Positions 25,641-32,863 of a DNA stretch of 32,863 bases are shown here, in pieces. The notes under the pieces were generated by a model that saw only the letters and a list, made by a program, of their open reading frames with translations, was not told the origin of the DNA and made no database searches. The translations under genes and the position numbers were made by a program. Position 1 is the stretch's first letter; each line of letters begins with the position of its first letter. Location of the stretch: contig JBEBGD010000063.1 of the NCBI GenBank assembly GCA_040081625.1, positions 1 to 32,863 on the forward strand, in the 5' to 3' direction. Source of the stretch: Chthoniobacteraceae bacterium (lineage in GTDB: Bacteria > Verrucomicrobiota > Verrucomicrobiia > Chthoniobacterales > Chthoniobacteraceae).

Positions 25641-27017
25641 ATGGGCAAAGAATTCAGCATCACTCCGCGCGACGTGCCGCACGTCGAAACCAAGTATCGC
25701 CGCATCGCCACGCCGATCCCGCATCCCGACTCGGTCGCGACGCTCGAGACGCTTCGCGAACTTGAGCCGCAATCCATGCGCGGCCAGCCGCCCATCGTGT
25801 GGGACCGCGCGGAGGACATCACCATCTTCGACAAACACGGCAACCGCTGGCTCGACTGGTCGAGCGGCGTGCTCGTGACGAATGCCGGCCACGGCGCCCC
25901 GGAGGTGAAGCAGGCCATTATTGATCAAGTGAACACCGGCCTCATCCACAACTACTGCTTCCCGAGCGAAGAGCGCGCGCAGCTTGCCACGCTCCTCGCC
26001 AGCGTCGCGCCGGACGGGCTCAAGAAAATCTTCCTCCTCACCACCGGCTCGGAGGCCACCGAGTGCGCGATCAAGCTCAGCCGCGCGCACGGCATCAAGG
26101 TCGGCGGCAACAAGAAGATCGGCATCATCGGCTGGGAACGCGGCTTTCACGGGCGCACGCTCGGCTCGCAGCAGGCGGGCGGCATGGCGGGGCAGAAGTC
26201 GTGGATCGTCAACGAAGATCCCGCCATCATCACCGCGCCGTTTCCCGATGGCTATTGGCAGACCGACACCAGCTTCGAGACCTTCCTCGCCGCCGTCGAG
26301 GCGCGCGGGATGAAGCCGGAGAACGTCGCGGGCGTCATCATGGAAAGCTATCAAGGCGTCGGCCCCGACTTCGCTCCCGTCGAGTTCGTGCGGCGGCTGC
26401 GCGCGTGGTGCGACGAGCACCAGATCGTGCTCACCATGGACGAAGTGCAGGCCGGCTTCGGGCGCACGGGGAAGTTCTGGGCCTTCGAGCACTACGGCAT
26501 CGTGCCCGACCTCATCTGCTGCGGCAAGGGCATCAGCAGCTCGCTCCCGCTTTCCGCCGTCATCGGGCGCGCGGCGGTGATGGATCAGTTCGGCCCCGGC
26601 TCGATGACGAGCACGCACACCGGCAACCCCGTCTGCTGCGCCGCCGCCATGGCGAGCGTCACGAAGATCCTCCGCGAGAAGATGACCGAGAACGCCGCCG
26701 CGCTCGAGCCCGTGCTGCTCGACGGCCTGCGCGCGATCCAGGCGCGGCATCGCGACGTGATCGGCCACGTCAGCGCGCGCGGCCTCGTCGGCGGCATGCA
26801 GACCCTCGTGCGCGGGAAGAAGGAGCCGAACCACGATCTCGCGCACAGCATCATCGAGCGCTGCATGTGGAAGGGCCTGCTGCTCTTCTCGCCCGTCGGC
26901 GCGTGGGGGCAGACTGTGAAGATCGCCCCGCCGCTGAGCATCCCGCGCGAAGCGCTCGAGGAAGGCCTCACCGTCCTCGCCGAGGCGACGGATGAAGCGG
27001 TCGCCGCGCTCGGCTGA
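25641..27017 (+). CDS. Class III PLP aminotransferase (GabT/ArgD-like)
   Basis: LDWSSGVLVTNAGH, TGSEATE, GFHGRT, DEVQAGFGRTG, CGKG (PLP Lys), THTGNP, APPL. Confidence 0.93.
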   Translation: MGKEFSITPRDVPHVETKYRRIATPIPHPDSVATLETLRELEPQSMRGQPPIVWDRAEDITIFDKHGNRWLDWSSGVLVTNAGHGAPEVKQAIIDQVNTGLIHNYCFPSEERAQLATLLASVAPDGLKKIFLLTTGSEATECAIKLSRAHGIKVGGNKKIGIIGWERGFHGRTLGSQQAGGMAGQKSWIVNEDPAIITAPFPDGYWQTDTSFETFLAAVEARGMKPENVAGVIMESYQGVGPDFAPVEFVRRLRAWCDEHQIVLTMDEVQAGFGRTGKFWAFEHYGIVPDLICCGKGISSSLPLSAVIGRAAVMDQFGPGSMTSTHTGNPVCCAAAMASVTKILREKMTENAAALEPVLLDGLRAIQARHRDVIGHVSARGLVGGMQTLVRGKKEPNHDLAHSIIERCMWKGLLLFSPVGAWGQTVKIAPPLSIPREALEEGLTVLAEATDEAVAALG

Positions 27018-27177
27018 CCGCCTATCGCGGGGCGCATCGACCGGAGGTGTGGGCGGAGACCCCAACTTGGAACCCCCGCCAAACGGCCCAAAACTGGGCT
27101 TTTCTGAAGGGCGACGGCACCAGCGGGCGTTTTCGGGCTCTTTTTGGCCATTTTCTCGCCGCCCCCATTTCGTCCAT

Positions 27178-27278
27178 GGACGTCCATGGACAGCGGAGGG
27201 ACGTCCATGGACAGCGGAGGGACGCCCATGGACGGCGGAGGGACGCCCACGGACGGCGGAGGGACGCCCACGGATGGC
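27178..27278. repeat. Intergenic 21-bp tandem repeat, ~4.8 copies
   Basis: GGACGTCCATGGACAGCGGAG x2, GGACGCCCATGGACGGCGGAG, GGACGCCCACGGACGGCGGAG, then partial GGACGCCCACGGATGGC. Preceded by a 10-bp duplication CGTCCATGGA. Confidence 0.92.
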
Positions 27279-27458
27279 AAGGCGCACTTCAGATGCCCTG
27301 CCCGACCCGCCGGTCGAAGGTCCGCCGGGGGCTGTCGGTGGAGATGAACCAGGAGCGCCGGGACGATGCGGCGGGCGCGGTTGTCGCCGCAGCGCCCTTT
27401 GTCATCGCGACTGCATCGTTTCAGCTAAGGCCACGCTGCCGGCGGTGTCGTGAGTGGC

Positions 27459-28220
27459 ATGATCCTCCGCTCCATCCTCCGCTCCATCCTCTGCTCACTC
27501 CTCGCCCTGCCCGCCTTCGCCGCCGACGAGGGCTTCACCACGATCTTCGACGGCAAGACGCTCAAGGGCTGGCATGTGTCCGCGAAGTCGGGGCACAGCC
27601 GCGTGAGCGGCGGGAAGTCGGGCGGGACTTGGGAGGTGAAGGATGGGGCGATCACCGGCACGCAGAATCCGCCGAAGAATGGCGGGCTCGTGCTCACTGA
27701 TGAGCTGTATGGGGAGTTCGAGGTGGCGCTGGAGATGAATAACGACTTCGGGCCGGACAGCGGCCTATTCCTCCGCAGCACCGAGGATGGGAAATGCTAT
27801 CAGGCGCTCGTTGACTATCACGCGAACGGCAGCCTGATGGGCCTCTATGGCGAGGGGCTCGGCGGGAAGCCGCACCTGCGCTTCTTCAGCTTCGGCGCGA
27901 CGGCGAGCGAGATCACGCTGCACCCGGACCGCACGCCGAGCGGCATCCCCGTGGACGCGGAGGGCTGGAAGAAGCTGTGGAAGCCGGGGCAGTGGAATGA
28001 GCTGCGCGCGCGGATCACCGGCGGCGAAAAGCCGACCATCGCGACGTGGATCAACGGCGTGAAGATCATGGAGTGGACCGAGACGGAGGCGCGTCTGCCG
28101 GTGAAGGGCTCGATCGGCCTGCAAGTCCACGGCGGCGGCGAGCCGAAGGACTACGACGGGAAGTTCGTCCGGTATCGCAACGTGCGCGTGAAGAAGCTCG
28201 GCGCGGACGCGGCGAAGTAG
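27459..28220 (+). CDS. Secreted DUF1080 / 3-keto-disaccharide hydrolase-family protein
   Basis: Signal peptide ending ..ALPAFA; FTTIFDGKTLKGW, WEVKDGAI, DSGLFLR, GQWNE, GSIGLQVH, YRNVRVK. Confidence 0.9.
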   Translation: MILRSILRSILCSLLALPAFAADEGFTTIFDGKTLKGWHVSAKSGHSRVSGGKSGGTWEVKDGAITGTQNPPKNGGLVLTDELYGEFEVALEMNNDFGPDSGLFLRSTEDGKCYQALVDYHANGSLMGLYGEGLGGKPHLRFFSFGATASEITLHPDRTPSGIPVDAEGWKKLWKPGQWNELRARITGGEKPTIATWINGVKIMEWTETEARLPVKGSIGLQVHGGGEPKDYDGKFVRYRNVRVKKLGADAAK

Positions 28221-28221
28221 A

Positions 28222-28461
28222 TCACCGCTCCGGGTGGCGGCGGTAGCAGTCGGCGAACGCGGCAAGCGCCCGGAGGGTCGCGCGCAGCATTTCGATCGCG
28301 TCGGCAAGGACGCGCGGCGGGACGGTGCCGCGGTTCGTCGAGCGTCGCGTGCGGTGGCCTCGCCTGCGCCGGCCGGGCATCGGAAGGCGGCCGCCCCGCC
28401 CGCCTGCCCATGCGGGACGCGCCGGCGATGGCCGCGTGAAGTTGGAGTCGTTGGATTTCAT
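28222..28461 (-). CDS. Small Arg-rich hypothetical protein (79 aa)
   Basis: Fits the gap between DUF1080 and Tex without overlap. Mostly G/C-ending codons. No known motif. Confidence 0.35.
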   Translation of the reverse strand: MKSNDSNFTRPSPARPAWAGGRGGRLPMPGRRRRGHRTRRSTNRGTVPPRVLADAIEMLRATLRALAAFADCYRRHPER

Positions 28462-28530
28462 CGGTGGTGATTCGACTTCACGACGAAAGCCGCCCGCGCA
28501 CCACCGCGCGAAGTCGCACTGTGTATTTGC

Positions 28531-28558
28531 GCCGGGGGAAAATCCGGAGAGCCCCGGC
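28531..28558. terminator. Hairpin directly after the Tex stop codon
   Basis: GCCGGGG-14 nt-CCCCGGC. There is no U-tract, so terminator function is uncertain. Confidence 0.25.
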
Positions 28559-30847
28559 TCAGCGGCCTTTGTTCATCGCCGCGGTGAACCAATCGACGCC
28601 GCCGGCCGCGACCGGCTTGCGATCCTGCACGCGGCGCACGTCGCGGTCGGTGCCGGCATTCGCGGGGCGCTCGCCGCGCGGCCCGATCTCGGGCTTGGTT
28701 TTCATCGAGAGGCCGATGCGTTTGCGCACGAGATCGACTTCGCAAACCGTCACCAGCACGCGCTGGCCGACCTTCACGACATCGGCGGCGGCTTTCACGA
28801 ACTGATCGCTGAGCTGGCTGACGTGGACGAGCCCGTCCTGATGCACGCCCACGTCCACGAAGGCGCCGAACGCGGCGACATTCGTGACGATGCCGGGCAG
28901 CTTCATGCCGGGCTTGAGATCCTCGGGCTTCTCGACGCCGTCGGCGAAAGAGAACGCCTCGAACTGCTGCCGCGGATCGCGTCCCGGCTTGGCCAGCTCG
29001 GCGACGATGTCCTTGAGCGTCGGCAGGCCCACCTCGGCGGTGACGTATTTCTGCGGCTGGATCTTCGCGCGCCTCGCGCTGTCGCGCAGCAGGTCGAGCA
29101 CGCTGCAGCCGAGGTCGGCGGCGATGCGATCGACCAGCTCGTAGCGCTCGGGATGAACGGAGCTGGCGTCGAGCGGATGCTCGCCATCGCGGATGCGCAG
29201 GAAGCCGGCGGCCTGCTCGAAGGCCTTCGGACCGAGGCCGGCGACGGTGAGCAGCTCCTTGCGCGACTTGAACGGGCCGTTCTCGTCGCGGTGCGCGACG
29301 ATGTTCGCAGCGACGCGCGAGTTCAGCCCGGCGACGTAGGCGAGCAGGTGCTTGCTCGCGGTATTGATCTCGACGCCGACGTTGTTCACGCAGCTCACGA
29401 CCACGTCATCGAGCGTGCGCTTGAGCGCGGTCTGCTCGACGTCGTGCTGATACTGCCCGACGCCGATCGACTTCGGGTCGAGCTTCACCAGCTCCGCGAG
29501 CGGATCCATCAAGCGCCGGCCAATGCTGATCGCGCCGCGGACGGTGAGGTCCTTGTCGGGGAACTCCTCGCGCGCGACATCGCTCGCGGAGTAGATCGAC
29601 GCGCCGCTTTCGCTGACCATGACGATCTGGATGGAAGCCGGCAGGCCGAGCTTGCGGACGAACGTCTCGGTCTCGCGCGACGCGGTGCCGTTGCCGATGG
29701 CGATGGCTTCGATCTGGAATTTCTTCACGACGCTGAGCACGAACTCCGCGGCCTCGGCGAGATCGCGCGCGCCTTTCTCCGGGTAGATCACGTCGTTGCC
29801 GACGAGCTTCCCCTGCCGGTTGAGGACGACGACTTTGCATCCGGTGCGGAAGCCGGGATCGATCGCGAGCGTGTTCTTCTGCCCGAGCGGCGAGGCGAGC
29901 AGCAGCTCGCGCAGGTTGTCGGCGAAGACGCGGATCGCTTCCTCGTCGGCGCGCTTTTTGAGCGTGAGCCGCGCTTCGCCTTCCATCGAGAAGCCGAGCA
30001 GCCGCTTGTAGCAGTCCTGCACCGCCGCCCGCACCTCGAGCGCCGCGGGGCACGTGCCGCGCACGAACATGCGATCGACAATCGCGACCGCCTCGGCCTC
30101 GTCGGGTGTGAGTCGCGAGAGGAGGAAGCCCTCGGCTTCGCCGCGCCGGATGGCGAGGATGCGATGGCTCGGCGCGGTGGCCGCGGGCTCGGACCAATCG
30201 AAGTAGTCCTTAAACTTCGCGCCCTCCTCTTCCTTGCCGGTGAGCACCTTCGACTTGAGCACCGCCTTCGTCGCGAACAGCTCGCGCAATTTCGCCCGCA
30301 CCGTCGCGTCGTCGGCGATGCGCTCGGCGATGATGTCGCGCGCGCCGGCGAGCGCGGCGGGCACGTCGGCGATGCTGTAAGTCTTGCCGTCCGACTCGAT
30401 GGACTTCGGCGCGAACGGCGCGGCGGCAGCCTTCGGATCGGTCGCGGGATCCTGCGACCAGAGCAGGTCGGCGAGCGGCTCGAGACCGAGTTCCTTCGCG
30501 GTCGTGGCGCGCGTGCGTTTCTTCGGGCGGAAGGGCGCGTAGAGATCCTCGACGGCCGAGAGCGTCGCGGCGGCGTCGATCTTCGTCTTGAGGTCGGCGG
30601 TGAGCAGCTTGCGATCGATGAGCGAGTCGAGGATCGCGGCGCGGCGCTTGTCGAGTTCCTCGAGTTGTTCGAGCCGGTCGCGGATCGAGGTGATCTGCAC
30701 TTCGTCGAGCTCGCCGGTGCGCTCCTTTCGGTAGCGGGCGATGAAGGGGACGGTGCCTCCTTCCTCGATTAAAACGGCGGTCGCGGCCACCTGGCGCGCT
30801 TCGAGTTTGAGTTCCTGGGCGATCTTGAGGACGTGCGTTTCTAGCAT
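28559..30847 (-). CDS. tex: Tex (YhgF) RNA-binding transcriptional accessory protein
   Basis: EGGTVPFIARYRKERTG, AIDPGFRTGCK (YqgF-like), IGNGTASRET, DPKSIGVGQYQHDV, HhH region, C-terminal S1 domain (FGAFVDVGVHQDGLVHVS). Confidence 0.96.
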   Translation of the reverse strand: MLETHVLKIAQELKLEARQVAATAVLIEEGGTVPFIARYRKERTGELDEVQITSIRDRLEQLEELDKRRAAILDSLIDRKLLTADLKTKIDAAATLSAVEDLYAPFRPKKRTRATTAKELGLEPLADLLWSQDPATDPKAAAAPFAPKSIESDGKTYSIADVPAALAGARDIIAERIADDATVRAKLRELFATKAVLKSKVLTGKEEEGAKFKDYFDWSEPAATAPSHRILAIRRGEAEGFLLSRLTPDEAEAVAIVDRMFVRGTCPAALEVRAAVQDCYKRLLGFSMEGEARLTLKKRADEEAIRVFADNLRELLLASPLGQKNTLAIDPGFRTGCKVVVLNRQGKLVGNDVIYPEKGARDLAEAAEFVLSVVKKFQIEAIAIGNGTASRETETFVRKLGLPASIQIVMVSESGASIYSASDVAREEFPDKDLTVRGAISIGRRLMDPLAELVKLDPKSIGVGQYQHDVEQTALKRTLDDVVVSCVNNVGVEINTASKHLLAYVAGLNSRVAANIVAHRDENGPFKSRKELLTVAGLGPKAFEQAAGFLRIRDGEHPLDASSVHPERYELVDRIAADLGCSVLDLLRDSARRAKIQPQKYVTAEVGLPTLKDIVAELAKPGRDPRQQFEAFSFADGVEKPEDLKPGMKLPGIVTNVAAFGAFVDVGVHQDGLVHVSQLSDQFVKAAADVVKVGQRVLVTVCEVDLVRKRIGLSMKTKPEIGPRGERPANAGTDRDVRRVQDRKPVAAGGVDWFTAAMNKGR

Positions 30848-30862
30848 GGTTCGGGGAGCGCA

Positions 30863-30890
30863 ATGATGCGAACCCGCCGGGAGCCGTCAA
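30863..30890 (-). promoter_or_regulatory. Putative sigma70-type promoter of tex
   Basis: TTGACG (30890-30885), a 16-bp spacer, then CATCAT (30868-30863), 15 nt before the ATG at 30847. Confidence 0.35.
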
Positions 30891-30954
30891 CCCGCCTACC
30901 GCAAGATATTGTGCCTTTGAGTCCTTGACGCCCCGCTATCTTGGGGCCGTCGCC

Positions 30955-32863
30955 CTAAAGCACCCGCACGTTCGGCGGCGGCGTCATCATCGGACGCACC
31001 CGCGGGGGACGCACGCCTCCGCCTTCCGGCTCGCCCGGCTGGAGCAGTTCCGCCTCGGAAATATCGATCACATTCGAGCCGCGCGGCGGCGCCGGACGCT
31101 GGACGACATCGGTCGGCAACGGCGTCGTCTTGACCCCCTGCAATCCGATCTCCTGCGCGAGCCGCTGCTGCGCCTCGGCCATGCCGGCGATCCGGTCGCG
31201 CATCTCGTCGCGCTGCTCGACAAATTGGTCGCGCTCCCGGCGCAGGCGCGCGATTTCGCGCTCGAGTCGATCGACGCGCTCGGCCGCGGCGCGATCGGCC
31301 TGGATGCGGGCTTCGTCGGCGGCCTTCGACTTCAGCTCGCGCTGCGCGGCTTCAGTAGCGGCGACAGCCTTGTCACGTTCAGCCGCTAGTGCTTCGAGTT
31401 CGCGCGCGAACGCCGCGCTCTGCTGCTCGGAAGCCTGCTGCGCGCGCTTGGAATCGGCGGCGAGCTTGTCCATCCCGGCGCGCAGTCCATCGATGTCGCG
31501 CTGGTGCTGGGCAGCCTTCTCGTCCACTTCGGTGCGGAGCTGCGCGAGACGCTGCGCGACCGCGACGCTCTCCCGCCGCGCGACATCGCGCTCGGCGGTC
31601 AATGCCTCGACGGTCGCACGATTTTCCTTCGCGTTGGCGCTGAGGATCGTCTTGGTGCGCGAGCGGGTGGCTTCCAATTCCGCGCCCATGTCGTCGCGTT
31701 CCTTGCGGAGCGACGCGGTCGTGGCGGCGATCCTGGCGTCCCCCTTTGCGACCGTCTGCTCGATTTCCGCCTTGAGGTCCGCGACTTCCGACTCCTTCGC
31801 CGCAATCCGCGTCTCGGCTTCCTGGAGGCGCCCCTCAAGGGTCGTGATGCTCGCGTGCGCCGCATCGTGATCGCGGCTGAGCTTGGAAAGATTCTGTTCG
31901 AGTGCAGCGCTCGCGGCCTCGACGCGGCTGTGTTCGTCGCGCAGTTGCGCCACTGCGGCGGACGCTTCGTCGCGGGCGCGCTGGAGTTCGCGCGCGTGAG
32001 TTTCGTTCTGCGCGGCGACCGCGGCGGCGGCGCTCGCTTCCTTCTGCCGCGCCTCCTCGATCTGGCCGAGCAATGCATCCACCCGGGCCTGCAAATCCGC
32101 GGCGTGCTTGCGGGCCGTATCGCGCAACTGCTCGAGCTCGGAAGCAGTCTCGCCGGCCTTCGTCTGCGATGCAGCGAGTTCGGCCTTCGTCTTCTCGAAC
32201 TCTGCCGCCACCGCGGGATCGACCGCCGGGCGCTTCAATTCCTCGTCCAATTCGGCCTGCAGTTTCTCGACACGTTTGCGCGCCGCATCGCGCTGCTGGG
32301 TCGCGTCGCCGAGCGCCGCCGCGGAACTTTGCCGAGCCTGCGCCAGCTCGCCCTCGAGACGTTCGACTTGCGAGGCGAGTTCGCTCTCGAGGCCGGCCTT
32401 CTGCTTTTCCAACGCGGCAACCTGCGCTCCGATCGCGGCAGCACGCCGGGTGGCCTCGTCGCGGACCTGCTCGATCTCCCGGGCGTGATTTTCGCGCGCG
32501 GAGGCAAACTCAGCCCTGGTCTTTTCAAATTCAGCCGCCACCGCCGGATCGACCGCCGGCCGTTTCAATTCCTCGTCCAATTCGGCCTGCAGTTTCTCGA
32601 TGCGCTTGCGGGCCGCATCGCGCTGCTGGGTCGCTTCGCCGAGCGCCGCGCCGGAAATTTTCTGTGCCTGCGCCAGCTCGGATTTGAGCCGCTCGACTTC
32701 GCCGGCGAGTTCCTGCCGCGTCGCTGCAGCCTCGCGCTGAAGTGCGGCCCTCTCCTTCTCCAAGGCTGAAACTTGCTCGCCGATCGCCGCGGCGCGCCGG
32801 GTGGCCTCGTCGCGGAGCTGCTCGATCTCGTGAGCGTGGGTGTCGCGCGCGGACGCAAGCTGC
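30955..32863 (-). CDS. Long coiled-coil protein with internal repeats; 5' end lies beyond the window
   Basis: Frame is open from the window end (QLASARDTHAHEIEQLRDE...) to TAG at 30955 (>635 aa). A/E/K/Q/R/L heptad-rich, with a Pro-rich C-terminal tail. Confidence 0.85.
   Translation of the reverse strand, partial: QLASARDTHAHEIEQLRDEATRRAAAIGEQVSALEKERAALQREAAATRQELAGEVERLKSELAQAQKISGAALGEATQQRDAARKRIEKLQAELDEELKRPAVDPAVAAEFEKTRAEFASARENHAREIEQVRDEATRRAAAIGAQVAALEKQKAGLESELASQVERLEGELAQARQSSAAALGDATQQRDAARKRVEKLQAELDEELKRPAVDPAVAAEFEKTKAELAASQTKAGETASELEQLRDTARKHAADLQARVDALLGQIEEARQKEASAAAAVAAQNETHARELQRARDEASAAVAQLRDEHSRVEAASAALEQNLSKLSRDHDAAHASITTLEGRLQEAETRIAAKESEVADLKAEIEQTVAKGDARIAATTASLRKERDDMGAELEATRSRTKTILSANAKENRATVEALTAERDVARRESVAVAQRLAQLRTEVDEKAAQHQRDIDGLRAGMDKLAADSKRAQQASEQQSAAFARELEALAAERDKAVAATEAAQRELKSKAADEARIQADRAAAERVDRLEREIARLRRERDQFVEQRDEMRDRIAGMAEAQQRLAQEIGLQGVKTTPLPTDVVQRPAPPRGSNVIDISEAELLQPGEPEGGGVRPPRVRPMMTPPPNVRVL
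32176..32856 (-). repeat. Two tandem intragenic repeat units (351 bp and 330 bp)
   Basis: Units ASAR..H..EIEQ.RDEATRRAAAIG...ATQQRDAARKR.EKLQAELDEELKRPAVDPAVAAEFEKT at 32856-32506 and 32505-32176. Confidence 0.9.

Noticed and set aside
27178..27278. CRISPR array
   Set aside because: The repeats are directly adjacent with no unique spacers, and no cas genes are present.
25461..27287. 608-aa minus-strand ORF starting in the 21-bp repeat
   Set aside because: Antisense shadow of the class III aminotransferase, extended through a stop-free repeat.
28325..30772. 815-aa + strand ORF
   Set aside because: Antisense shadow of tex.
30927..30951. Hairpin after the coiled-coil gene as an intrinsic terminator
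   Set aside because: Short bulged stem with no U-tract on the coding strand; too weak to call.

Overview
High-GC bacterial DNA, probably from the PVC superphylum (Verrucomicrobiota-like). This is an inference from a ThuA/beta-propeller/HEAT 'PVC-type' protein and a DUF1080 protein. The main feature is a ~20.8 kb minus-strand run of 22 tightly coupled genes (24906->4077) for surface-glycan synthesis. Its core is an unusual nonulosonic-acid-type module: a canonical NeuB, a GNAT, a metal TIM-barrel protein, a CBS-fused DegT aminotransferase, NeuA, a DapA/NanA-family aldolase with altered catalytic motifs, a second and strongly divergent NeuB, and a candidate ulosonyl-transferase. No NeuC/LegG/PseG-type hydrolase or sugar-1-P nucleotidyltransferase is recognisable. 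Around the core are five methyltransferase domains, a PhyH dioxygenase, an acyltransferase, an SDR epimerase, several GT2/GT4 enzymes and a terminal DnaJ-class gene. Left flank: a truncated PVC-type protein (missing from the ORF track) divergent from an AraC regulator. Right flank: a MITE-like element, a small atypical ORF, a class III aminotransferase, a 21-bp tandem repeat, DUF1080, Tex and a truncated repeat coiled-coil protein. No rRNA, tRNA, CRISPR array or transposase was seen. All family calls come from motifs read by eye; no database searches were run. Many start codons were moved downstream of the ORF-track starts.
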